Source: an uncultured Acidimicrobiia bacterium
Lineage (GTDB): Bacteria; Actinomycetota; Acidimicrobiia; Spongiisociales; ZC4RG35
Reading direction: 5' to 3'
Assembly: GCA_964195235.1 (NCBI GenBank)
Contig: CAXMOW010000005.1
Location: 2,642 to 66,641, forward strand
DNA length: 64,000 bases
Position 1 is the stretch's first letter; the number at the start of each line of letters is the position of its first letter. Positions 43,095 to 51,993 of the stretch are shown here, in pieces. Below the pieces are notes generated by a model, which was given only the letters and a program-made list of their open reading frames with translations, searched no databases and was not told the DNA's origin. A program made the position numbers and the translations under genes.

Positions 43095-45182
43095 ATGCGT
43101 GAACGTGAGCAGACCTTTCTTGCCGACTTGATCGGCCCCGAGGACCGGGCGATCGAGGCCGTGGTGAGTCGCTATCAGAGAGTGGCCCCGGCAGTCACCC
43201 GGCTGGCAAGGAGTCTGTCCGACAACCCGAACCTCCGCGTGCGTCTCGGTTCGGAAGCGGCGGCTTCGGAGGATGAAATCGTTTGTGACCCGCGAATTTT
43301 TCAAGCCGCGTATCACAGGAACGCACCCGTCACCCCCGACGAAGTGGCGCTCGCATCGGCCCTCCATGAGGTCATGCATCTCGTCTCAACCAATCTCGAC
43401 GAGGTCCGCGAGCTTCCCGATGGCTGGCCGATTGAGGGACCGATTACCGAAGGCGTCGAGCTCGACCTGTTGACAGCACTCGAGCGGACCGAAAAGCCGG
43501 TCGCAGAGGTTCTCTTCTTCAGCCTCGAAGATGCCCGTCAGGAGATCCAAGGCTTGGCCAGCTACCCGGGCGCCCGCTCGGTGCTCGACGACCTTTATCT
43601 TTCTTCTCTCGGACAGGCGATCGCAAAGTCTGGAGCACTGAGTCAGTTCGTCCTTGGTTGCTTCCTTCTCACTGGTGGCTACGTAGAGCGAGAGGTCCTG
43701 GAAACCCGGTTCGAGGCGCGGGCAGCCGTTGCGATCGACGATGCGACCGAACACTGCAAGATGGCCTCCGAGACGGATGACCCCTGGTACGTGGCACAAC
43801 TTGCTTTGGAATTGGAGGCCATTGCGCGAACGCATGGGTTGATCACGGAAGTCCCCGAAAGTGCAAGCAACGCACAACGGAAGTTGGCGTCGGAAAGTGA
43901 CGCTGAGAAAGCAGCCTCTGGCGTTGACGCCGTGCGGATGGTTTCCCCGATTGTCACCGACGCCGACTCGTATCAGGACACAAAGCGCGCAGCCGAGTCG
44001 CGCTCGGGGTTGTCCGACCGGAAAGGTGCGTCAGAGCTTGCCGGCGATGAGTCGACTGATCAGCTACTCAGGGTTAGCCAGGCTCCGGACGTCTACCTTC
44101 CGACGGGCCAGGGGGGGAAACTTCTGGTCACACCGATTCCTTCGTCGTTCTCCAAATTCGGGGCCCAGGGATTGGAGGCCTTGAGCATCGCCGCCAAGAA
44201 GTGGGAGGTGGCACAACGTCGCGTTTCTGGCGAGCTCTTCCCACTGTTTGCAGCCAACCAACGTCGTGGTCTTCGGTCTGGCTTCGACCAGGGAGACGTT
44301 TCGCCCCACGCCGCCCTGTTCATTGGTGCCGGTCTCTACCAGCGTCTCTATGAGCGCAGAGCGGCACGGACCCGTCGGCGGTACGCAGTTTCACTTCTTG
44401 TCGACGCGTCGGCTTCGATGCTCAGCCCCGGCCGCCGTGAAGGACGGGGGACGACGTGGGCCATGTCTGCAGCATTGCTTGGAGCCTGGACAATGGCCCG
44501 GCTGTGTGATGAGCTTCAGATCGATTTCGAAGTCGCCCTGTTCAACCGGGGCTTCGCCGCTCGCCCTCACGACACCGAAAAAAGCTTTCGAGCTGCCCGG
44601 TCTGCTGCCACAGCAGGTCTGAGACAGACCCAAGGAACCGCCGCTGATCGTCTGACGACAACCGTCAATCATTATCTGGTGAAGTCGTTCGACCGGCGAT
44701 GGCGTGATGCTCAGCACACACTGTCCGGTCTCTTCTTCACGGTTCAAGACCCGAAACGAGCCGCTGCATTAACCCGTCGTGATCCAGAAAACGCACCGCC
44801 TGTATCACTGTTCGAGAAGGCGGCCAACGTCGACGAGTACAACGTAATCCACGCCGCAGAACGGATGGCCCGACAAGGCGCCGACGTGAGATTGCTGATG
44901 GTCCTCGCCGACGGGATGACCCGCGGGTCGGTGGATGCGCTCACCAAGTCGGTGTCATCGATCGAGGCTACCGGCACCACCGTCATCGGAATCGGCATCG
45001 GAGATCACACTGTCGACGAGGCATATCAGCGCCACGAGGTTGTCGAACAGCCAGAGCATCTGGCGAAGGCGATGATCGACGGCACACGAAGCGCCCTCCG
45101 CCGAAGTCTTGCCATTTCGGGCATGGACGGATGGTGGGTCAAGGTTTCTGAAAATCAATCCAAGGAGAAAGCAATTGCCTGA
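43095..45182 (+). CDS. CobT-like von Willebrand factor A protein with an N-terminal HExxH motif
   Basis: 695 aa. HEVMH lies at 43365-43379. The C-terminal vWA domain has a MIDAS DASAS motif (44403-44417) and ..MVLADGMT. Its size and its partner match CobT/NorD-type proteins. Confidence 0.8.
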   Translation: MREREQTFLADLIGPEDRAIEAVVSRYQRVAPAVTRLARSLSDNPNLRVRLGSEAAASEDEIVCDPRIFQAAYHRNAPVTPDEVALASALHEVMHLVSTNLDEVRELPDGWPIEGPITEGVELDLLTALERTEKPVAEVLFFSLEDARQEIQGLASYPGARSVLDDLYLSSLGQAIAKSGALSQFVLGCFLLTGGYVEREVLETRFEARAAVAIDDATEHCKMASETDDPWYVAQLALELEAIARTHGLITEVPESASNAQRKLASESDAEKAASGVDAVRMVSPIVTDADSYQDTKRAAESRSGLSDRKGASELAGDESTDQLLRVSQAPDVYLPTGQGGKLLVTPIPSSFSKFGAQGLEALSIAAKKWEVAQRRVSGELFPLFAANQRRGLRSGFDQGDVSPHAALFIGAGLYQRLYERRAARTRRRYAVSLLVDASASMLSPGRREGRGTTWAMSAALLGAWTMARLCDELQIDFEVALFNRGFAARPHDTEKSFRAARSAATAGLRQTQGTAADRLTTTVNHYLVKSFDRRWRDAQHTLSGLFFTVQDPKRAAALTRRDPENAPPVSLFEKAANVDEYNVIHAAERMARQGADVRLLMVLADGMTRGSVDALTKSVSSIEATGTTVIGIGIGDHTVDEAYQRHEVVEQPEHLAKAMIDGTRSALRRSLAISGMDGWWVKVSENQSKEKAIA

Positions 45183-46170
45183 AATAGTCACTTTCGAGGA
45201 CCCCAGTGGCGAAGGGGCGCCGATCAAACTCGATAGGTTTGTGGTCGGGAAGGACGCAGCGGATCTCGAACTCCGACGACGAAAGGTCCCCGAACCAGAC
45301 CCCCACTACGTCGACCTGGGCATGCTCTACCGGTTCGCCCAAGTAGAGCAGGCACGACGGTCCGGCGCCGACGGTCTTGTCCCGCTGCACATTGCGGTCC
45401 GGGGTCATATGGGAACCGGGAAGGACCACGACATCGAGCAATTCGCCGCTGCAATGGGTCTCCCCTACTTCCGGATCCCGCTGACCGGTGAAGTACGAGA
45501 CGTCACGCTGATCGGGTCGACCCATCTTCACGGTGACGGCAAGGGTGGCACTGAGAGTCGATGGGAGGACGGTGACATCACCCGAGCGCTTCGCGGTCCT
45601 GCCCTGCTCAATCTCTCCGAGTTGAACGCTGCCGGCGCTGAGACGTTGTTTGCCCTCCATGGTTTGCTCGATCGCTACGGAGCCCTCGACCTGCCCAACG
45701 GCGAAACAGTGAGCCTCCGAGACGATGTGAGGGTCTTCGGCACCATGAACCCCACCGACATTCGGGACTATGCCGGCACCCAGACCCTCAACAAGGCCTT
45801 CGCCGACCGATGGGTGATTTGGGAGAAGAAATTTCCCGCTGAGGAACAGGTCAAGGAAATGCTCACCACCCGCTATCCAAGACTGAACGACGAATACGTC
45901 GAGGCTGTGTCCCGACTCACGGTTGAGATCAACGCATCATTCGACACGACCGACACCGACGTTCGTGTGGAGACGCCGCTCTCACTTCGTGCTGTCCTCG
46001 ACAGGGTGCCGACTGGGCTCTTGGTCTACGCAGATCGTGAAGACCCACTACGTCATGCCTGGGATGAGTTTGTCCTGCCACAGGTGGATGCGTACGACCG
46101 TGACCACTATGAGACGGTGTGGAATGCGGTGGTAAGACGCGGTCCTTCGGTCAAGCCGTTTGGAAAGTGA
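45175..46170 (+). CDS. CobS-like AAA+ (AAA_5/MoxR-related) ATPase with deviant Walker A/B residues
   Basis: Start moved to the TTG at 45175 (AAGGAG RBS at 45163-45168, overlapping the upstream stop). VRGHMGTGKDHDIEQFAAAMGLPYFRIPL.., ALLNLSELNAAGAETLF and GTQTLNKAFADRW parallel CobS (GTGKSTHIEQ, FDEYDAG, GTQ.NQA..DRW). Confidence 0.8.
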   Translation: MPEIVTFEDPSGEGAPIKLDRFVVGKDAADLELRRRKVPEPDPHYVDLGMLYRFAQVEQARRSGADGLVPLHIAVRGHMGTGKDHDIEQFAAAMGLPYFRIPLTGEVRDVTLIGSTHLHGDGKGGTESRWEDGDITRALRGPALLNLSELNAAGAETLFALHGLLDRYGALDLPNGETVSLRDDVRVFGTMNPTDIRDYAGTQTLNKAFADRWVIWEKKFPAEEQVKEMLTTRYPRLNDEYVEAVSRLTVEINASFDTTDTDVRVETPLSLRAVLDRVPTGLLVYADREDPLRHAWDEFVLPQVDAYDRDHYETVWNAVVRRGPSVKPFGK

Positions 46171-46182
46171 TTGCTATAGCAA
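46171..46182. promoter_or_regulatory. Perfect 12-bp palindrome TTGCTATAGCAA (candidate operator) upstream of the dehalogenase gene
   Basis: Starts 1 nt after the CobS-like stop and lies 76 nt upstream of the dehalogenase start. There is no further support. Confidence 0.2.
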
Positions 46183-46257
46183 CAGGTGGCGAAATACGCC
46201 ACGCGGTGCACGCGCAACATTTCAACGTCCCATTGACCTGCCACCTACGCTCGCCGG

Positions 46258-47148
46258 ATGATCGAAGCACTACGCACCGACGACAACCGATTCGCCGATC
46301 TTTCCGACTGGCCATATGAGCCTCGGTACGAAATCGATCTGGCCGGTAGCGAAGGCCTCCGGATGCACTACATCGACGAGGGGCCTTCTGACGCTGAGGT
46401 ATTTCTCTGCCTGCACGGCGAGCCCACGTGGGCATACCTCTACCGGCGGATGATCCCAACGTTTCTTGGTTCGGGTGCCAGGGTGGTGGCCCCGGATTTC
46501 TTCGGGTTCGGACGCTCCGACAAGCCGGTTGAGGATGCGGTCTACACCTGGGACTTTCACAGGGATTCGCTTACTGGCTTCATCGAACGTCTCGACCTCA
46601 CCAACATCACCCTCGTGGTTCAAGACTGGGGCGGAGTCCTCGGTCTGAGTCTTGGTGCCGACATGGCTGACCGGATTTCGGGTCTGCTCATCATGAATAC
46701 AGCGTTTGGCATCGGTGGGAAACCGACGCAGGGATTCGTCGACTGGCGAGACTACGTCGCTCGCACACCGGACTTGGACGTGGGCAGGCTGATGAAGAGA
46801 ACAGTGCCCCATCTCACCGACGCTGAAACCCGTGCCTACGACGCCCCTTTCCCGAGTGTCGCTCACAAGGCAGGTGTCAGGCGATTCCCTGCGATCGTGC
46901 CAACCAGCCCTGATATGGATGGTGTGGAGATTTCCAAGAGAGCTCTCAGCTGGTGGGCAGACGCTTTCGACGGCCGCTCTTTCATGGCTATTGGAGCGAC
47001 CGACCCGGTCCTTGCTTCAGTCATGCCCTGGGTTCGGGAACGCATCAACGGATGCCCCGAGCCACTCGTCCTCGAGGAAGCTGGTCACTTCGTCCAGGAG
47101 TGGGGCGAAGAAGTTGCGATCGCAACACTGACCTATTGGAACAGGTGA
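46258..47148 (+). CDS. Haloalkane dehalogenase (HLD-I, DhlA-like alpha/beta hydrolase)
   Basis: 296 aa. IEALRTDDNRFADLSDWPYEPRY.., FLCLHGEPTWAYLYRRMIP, VAPDFFGFGRSDKP, nucleophile-Trp pair VVQDWGG, and catalytic His in EEAGHFVQE. It is close to my recollection of Xanthobacter DhlA. Confidence 0.85.
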   Translation: MIEALRTDDNRFADLSDWPYEPRYEIDLAGSEGLRMHYIDEGPSDAEVFLCLHGEPTWAYLYRRMIPTFLGSGARVVAPDFFGFGRSDKPVEDAVYTWDFHRDSLTGFIERLDLTNITLVVQDWGGVLGLSLGADMADRISGLLIMNTAFGIGGKPTQGFVDWRDYVARTPDLDVGRLMKRTVPHLTDAETRAYDAPFPSVAHKAGVRRFPAIVPTSPDMDGVEISKRALSWWADAFDGRSFMAIGATDPVLASVMPWVRERINGCPEPLVLEEAGHFVQEWGEEVAIATLTYWNR

Positions 47149-47162
47149 ACTACGTTTGAGTC

Positions 47163-48245
47163 ATGGCCTACGACCTCGGTAACACCGATTTAGACGAACG
47201 ACTCCAGCAGCTCGTGGGCGACGCATCAGAGAACGACAACAAGGACCTGATCGCCGAGCTGGTCACCACCGTTCTCAAACTCCACCGAGACGGCGCAACT
47301 CGTGGTGATCTGAAGATGATCAACACCGCTGTCAAAGAAATGAGGTACTCAAACCTGGTCTTTTCCCGGCACGAGGAGCCCAAGGTCACCATCTATGGCT
47401 CGGCGCGTACCCAGGAGGGTGATCCCAACTACGAGATGACCGTCTCGTTCGCCAAATTGATGACCAGCCACGGTTGGGGTGTGATTACCGGGGCGGGACC
47501 CGGGATCATGGAGGCCGGCAACAAGGGCGCGGGTAGCAACAACTCCTACGGTGTCAACATCCGGCTCCCGTTCGAGTCTGCGGCCAACGAATACCTGGAT
47601 GAAAACCGAACTGTCAACTTCAAATACTTCTTCACACGCAAACTCGGCTTCGTCAAGGAATCAAACGCATTCGTCATTCTGCCCGGTGGTTTCGGCACCC
47701 TGGACGAGACGTTCGAACTGCTCACCCTGATCCAGACCGGAAAGAGCGATCTCCATCCGATCGTGCTACTCGAAGCTGAGGGAACTGGCTACTGGGAACC
47801 GGTCATCAGATTCATAATGGACAATCAACTCGCTGCTGGGCTGATCTCGGAGTCGGATCTCTCACTCTTTACCCACACGACCGACCCGCAAATGGCGTGT
47901 GATCACATCCTTGAGTTCTATACGAACTATCACTCGCAACGTTATGCAGGCGGCCGACTCATCCTACGTGTGCGGGAAACACCAACCGACGCCGACCTGG
48001 CTTCGCTCAACGAGGACTACGCCGACATCGTGGCTGAAGGACGAATCGAAAGGGCTGAGCCCACCCAGACCGAGATAGACGACGACGACGCACTCCACTG
48101 CGAGCGAGTCTCATTTGTGTTTGATCGACGGCATTTCGGGCGACTCCGACAGTTGATCGATCGCCTCAATGAAATGGCCGACCTTCCCGAGACGACCCAA
48201 ATTCCCATGCCGATGCGTGAGGAACAAGCCGAAAGAGCCTGGTAG
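47163..48245 (+). CDS. LOG family (TIGR00730-type) nucleotide N-glycosidase-like protein with N- and C-terminal extensions
   Basis: 360 aa. GSARTQEGD, GGGPGIMEA-like (GAGPGIMEAGNKGA), and PGGFGTLDE. Confidence 0.78.
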   Translation: MAYDLGNTDLDERLQQLVGDASENDNKDLIAELVTTVLKLHRDGATRGDLKMINTAVKEMRYSNLVFSRHEEPKVTIYGSARTQEGDPNYEMTVSFAKLMTSHGWGVITGAGPGIMEAGNKGAGSNNSYGVNIRLPFESAANEYLDENRTVNFKYFFTRKLGFVKESNAFVILPGGFGTLDETFELLTLIQTGKSDLHPIVLLEAEGTGYWEPVIRFIMDNQLAAGLISESDLSLFTHTTDPQMACDHILEFYTNYHSQRYAGGRLILRVRETPTDADLASLNEDYADIVAEGRIERAEPTQTEIDDDDALHCERVSFVFDRRHFGRLRQLIDRLNEMADLPETTQIPMPMREEQAERAW

Positions 48246-48295
48246 CGACGATTCCGCCTTGGGAATACCCCCGCGTCCAATACTAGAATTGGCTG

Positions 48296-49027
48296 GTGCG
48301 CGACATCCTTTCCGACCTGGTAGCTGAACAACAGTTCCTGGATCAATCCCTTCAACGGATTCCCATCAAGGTTTGGGATCTGAAAACACCCAACAAGCCG
48401 TGGACCGTGAGGGACACAATCTCTCACCTGGCGGACTTCGAGAACCTCGGCGCCGACTCGATCAATGGCGGCGACAGAATCAAGGAATGGCAAAACTCCA
48501 CCGATCTCGAAGCCCTCAAGAAACAGGCGATCAAAGAGGGTCGATCAATGCGGCCTCAGGACGTCATCGAGTGGTGGCGTGGCGGTCGGGCCAAGGTTGT
48601 CGAACCGCTATCCCACATGAACGGTGAGGACCGAATTGATTGGATCGCCGGCGATATGAGCGCGCGGACCTTTGCGACCTTCCGTCTCATGGAGACCTGG
48701 ATGCACGGTCTCGACATATACAGCACCTTGGGTCTCGAAGTCGAAGACACTCCTCGCATCCGTCACATTGCGTGGTTGGGCTGGAAAACCCTCCCCTACG
48801 CCTTCAAACAAGCTGGCGAGGACTATGAACCAGTCCGAGTAGAGGTGATTGGCCCTGGGTATTCCAGATGGGTTTACGGCCCAGAAGACACTGACCAGGT
48901 AATCAAAGGCTCCGCGTCTGACTGGACCAGGATCGTTGTACGTCGCGTCAAACCCAAGAACACCCGTCTCAAAGTCACTGGCAAATACGCCGAGAAGGCA
49001 CTTGCGATAGCCAGGGCCTGGCTTTGA
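48296..49027 (+). CDS. DinB / mycothiol-dependent maleylpyruvate-isomerase-like (TIGR03084-like) family protein
   Basis: 243 aa with a GTG start. The N-terminal DinB-like helix pattern is L.DLVAEQQFLD..L..IP..VWDLKTPNKPWTVRDTISHLA. Confidence 0.65.
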   Translation: MRDILSDLVAEQQFLDQSLQRIPIKVWDLKTPNKPWTVRDTISHLADFENLGADSINGGDRIKEWQNSTDLEALKKQAIKEGRSMRPQDVIEWWRGGRAKVVEPLSHMNGEDRIDWIAGDMSARTFATFRLMETWMHGLDIYSTLGLEVEDTPRIRHIAWLGWKTLPYAFKQAGEDYEPVRVEVIGPGYSRWVYGPEDTDQVIKGSASDWTRIVVRRVKPKNTRLKVTGKYAEKALAIARAWL

Positions 49028-49815
49028 CCCTCATCCCCCGTTTGGTGGGGATGGTTCATCTTCTTCCGCTCCCCGGGTCACCCGGCTACGGGGGTTCTAT
49101 GCAAGAGGTTGTCGAAACCGCCGTTGCCGACGCTGGCGAATTGGCGTCTGCGGGTTTTCCTGCATTGATGATTGAGAACTTTGGCGACGTCCCGTTTCAT
49201 GCCGACTCGGTGGCGGCGGAGACCATCGCCGGCATCACCGTGGCCGTTGCTGCCGTTCTCGAGGCGACCACGCTGAACATCGGCGTAAACGTGCTTCGCA
49301 ACGACGTGCTGTCAGCCCTCGGCATCGCCGCTGCAACCGGAGCATCGTTCGTCCGCGTCAATGTCCTCACCGGTCTGATGTACACGGACCAGGGACCGAT
49401 CGTCGGGCGAGCAGCGGAGGCATTGCGTAAACGTCAAATGCTCGCCCCAACAGTCGAGATCTGGGCTGATGTCATGGTCAAACATGCCGCTTCTCCGTAT
49501 GGGGTCGACGCTCGCCAGACAGCAGCCGACACGATTGAACGAGGCTTGGCAGATGCGGTGATCGTCTCAGGATCCGGTACCGGTGCTGAGCCTGACATCC
49601 ACGAAGCGACCGTTGTGAGGGCCTCGGTGCCAAAAGACACCAGAGTTGTCATCGGTTCTGGAGCCAACGTCAACAACCTTTCCAAGCTTATGGACGTGGC
49701 GGATACCGTCATCGTGGGATCGGCCATCAAAGTAAACGGCGACGCCAACAACCGCGTCGACCCGGCCAGAGCTGCGCACTTCGCTCAGGTCGCCGGCGAA
49801 CACGGCCTGACATGA
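49024..49815 (+). CDS. BtpA/SgcQ family TIM-barrel protein
   Basis: 263 aa. LVGMVHLLPLPGSPGY..., DA..L...GFPALMIENFGDVPF. Confidence 0.78.
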   Translation: MTLIPRLVGMVHLLPLPGSPGYGGSMQEVVETAVADAGELASAGFPALMIENFGDVPFHADSVAAETIAGITVAVAAVLEATTLNIGVNVLRNDVLSALGIAAATGASFVRVNVLTGLMYTDQGPIVGRAAEALRKRQMLAPTVEIWADVMVKHAASPYGVDARQTAADTIERGLADAVIVSGSGTGAEPDIHEATVVRASVPKDTRVVIGSGANVNNLSKLMDVADTVIVGSAIKVNGDANNRVDPARAAHFAQVAGEHGLT

Positions 49816-50600
49816 GTTCGGTCAAGACTCGCACCGACGGTGGGGTGTTCGTAACGACACTCGCCGAGCCCGAGATTCGCAACGCAATCACCGGCGAAGA
49901 CATGCTCGAGGAATTGCTCGACGCAATCCATGACGCTGAAACCGACCCCGATGTCGGTGTCCTGATCATCGACGCCGAAGGGCCAGCCTTTTCGTCGGGT
50001 GGCAACGTCAAGGACATGGTGGAAAAAGTCGGGCTGTTTCAAGGTAGCCCATCGGAAATCACCGAGAGATACCGCGAGACGATCCAACAACTCACCCGAA
50101 TGCTCGCAACCACCGACCTTGTCACAATTGCTGCGGTGAACGGTCCTGCTATCGGGGCAGGTTTTGACCTGGTGTTGGGGTGCGACCTCCGTCTCGGAAC
50201 CTCGAGGGCGAGATTCGCCCACACTTTCATTGAGATGGGGATCATCCCGGGTGACGGAGGAGCCTGGCTTCTCCCCCGTATCGTCGGCTGGCAACGTGCA
50301 ACCGAACTCGCGATGACCGCCCGATCGATCGACGCCGAAACTGCGGTCGAGTGGGGCGTCCTGCTCGAAGTTGTGCCCGACAGCAAACTCTCGGTTCGGA
50401 CGATGAAGCTCGCACAGGACATAGCTTCCAAGCCACGACCGGCGGTGGTGCTGGCGAAACGGCTGCTCCGTCAATCCAAGATCATGGACCTCGATGCATT
50501 CCTCGAGTACTCGGCTGCCCTTCAGGCAGTGGCCCACACCACACCCGAACACGAGGCTGCCGTGGCGTCTTATGTGGAGCGTCTCAAGAGTCGCGACTGA
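49812..50600 (+). CDS. Enoyl-CoA hydratase/isomerase (crotonase) family protein
   Basis: 262 aa. FSSGGNVKDM, AAVNGPAIGAGFDLVLGCDLR. ATGA overlap with btpA. Confidence 0.88.
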   Translation: MSSVKTRTDGGVFVTTLAEPEIRNAITGEDMLEELLDAIHDAETDPDVGVLIIDAEGPAFSSGGNVKDMVEKVGLFQGSPSEITERYRETIQQLTRMLATTDLVTIAAVNGPAIGAGFDLVLGCDLRLGTSRARFAHTFIEMGIIPGDGGAWLLPRIVGWQRATELAMTARSIDAETAVEWGVLLEVVPDSKLSVRTMKLAQDIASKPRPAVVLAKRLLRQSKIMDLDAFLEYSAALQAVAHTTPEHEAAVASYVERLKSRD

Positions 50601-51207
50601 TTCGGAAACCGTTCTTGTGCAACAGCTTCAGCATCGAAGCGGCGGCGCTCGAACTCCGAGCAGAACGGAGTAGCTCTTCATGACTTTCAAACCTTCCGGC
50701 TGCACGCTCCAGAATGACCGCAATGGGAATGATGTTGATCGTCACCTCTTCAGCCTGGCCGAACGCAACTAACCGTGTTCTGACGGTTCCACCGCCCCGA
50801 GCAGGGGTATAACAAACCCCCTTCTTGCCAAGATCCTCGACTACCTGTTCGAGGTCGCCGTCTGTGTAGATCCACGCCAGACGGTGCAGTGCCGTGTGCA
50901 GCGTTTGGTGTTTGACAATCGATGGGTTGAACCGTGCCTCACCCTGTTTCACCTCTCCGATGATCACGTCGATGGTGTCTTCCTCCAGAAAGAGCGGAAC
51001 CCCCGGAACTTCGAGGTAACTCGCCTGATGCTCGTCATCAGGATCGGCCATGAAGATTCGTCCCGGGAACCTGAGGGCGAGAATGTCAACATCGGTGACT
51101 GTTTCCCAGTCGCCTCTTTTGTTCAAGGCCTGTATCGGAAGTTCCGACAATGTCAGGTAGCCGTTGGAGCGAAGAAATGCTTCTACTAAGTCGGTTGCAA
51201 CGTCCAT
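50584..51207 (-). CDS. Hypothetical protein with a PD-(D/E)xK nuclease-like motif arrangement
   Basis: 207 aa from the ATG at 51207 (MDVATDLVEAFLRSNGYL...). DVDILAL...IIGEVKQGE resembles the D...(D/E)xK core of Hjc/NucS/YraN-type nucleases. The longer track ORF to 51360 would overlap the HD-GYP gene. Confidence 0.5.
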   Translation of the reverse strand: MDVATDLVEAFLRSNGYLTLSELPIQALNKRGDWETVTDVDILALRFPGRIFMADPDDEHQASYLEVPGVPLFLEEDTIDVIIGEVKQGEARFNPSIVKHQTLHTALHRLAWIYTDGDLEQVVEDLGKKGVCYTPARGGGTVRTRLVAFGQAEEVTINIIPIAVILERAAGRFESHEELLRSARSSSAAASMLKLLHKNGFRISRDS

Positions 51208-51216
51208 GGCGTCATT

Positions 51217-51861
51217 TTGCCAATTGAGACGGTCGACCCATGTATTGACTACGAGGAATGGGCAGAATTTGCGGCCGGAGATGAAATGCGGGAGATTCCC
51301 AGAGACATTTTGATAGAAGTCATGGAGGATGTCATCGAAGACCTCCACGGCCACGTTCACCGCGTATCCGATCTATCGGTGGATCTTGGAACTGGACTCG
51401 GCCTACCTGACGACGACCTCGACCGCCTCGCCTTAGCCGGAGTCCTTCACGACGTGGGCAAGATTCATCTCGATCCGAACATCTTGGGCAAACCGGGACC
51501 ACTCGATGATGACGAATTCGAACTGATGCGTCGTCATCCCGAGATGGGTTTCGCAATGACCCGCAACCGTCTTGACTCCAGGGTTGCCGAAGCCATCCTC
51601 TACCACCACGAACGTGTCGACGGTCGTGGATATCCCTTCGGTCTCGAAGCGGACAACATTCCGATTCTCAGCCGGATCGTTCTCGTGGCCGACGCTTTCG
51701 ACGCGATGACCTCAGTCCGGGCCTACCAAGCAGCTTTGCCTATCGAATTCGCTGTTCAGGAGATTCGCCAGAATGCCGGCGCCCAATTCGATCGCAACGT
51801 GGTTGACATCTTCTTGGAGCTTGCCGCAATCGACAAGCTCCCTCTCGAACTCTCGGCGTAA
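51217..51861 (+). CDS. HD-GYP domain protein (putative c-di-GMP/cyclic-dinucleotide phosphodiesterase), stand-alone
   Basis: 214 aa. HDVGKIHL, HPEMG, HHERVDGRGYP. The start is uncertain (TTG at 51217 or ATG at 51286). No receiver or sensor domain is present. Confidence 0.8.
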   Translation: MPIETVDPCIDYEEWAEFAAGDEMREIPRDILIEVMEDVIEDLHGHVHRVSDLSVDLGTGLGLPDDDLDRLALAGVLHDVGKIHLDPNILGKPGPLDDDEFELMRRHPEMGFAMTRNRLDSRVAEAILYHHERVDGRGYPFGLEADNIPILSRIVLVADAFDAMTSVRAYQAALPIEFAVQEIRQNAGAQFDRNVVDIFLELAAIDKLPLELSA

Positions 51862-51993
51862 ACAGCTCACTCTCCTGAGTATCACCCCACACCACTTCGC
51901 ATATGGTGTAGCGGGTCCAACCCTGGGGGTAGTCACCTGATCTCTTCTCTGTTCGAACGATCCGACTATTCGACTCTGACCGACGCCACCTAT

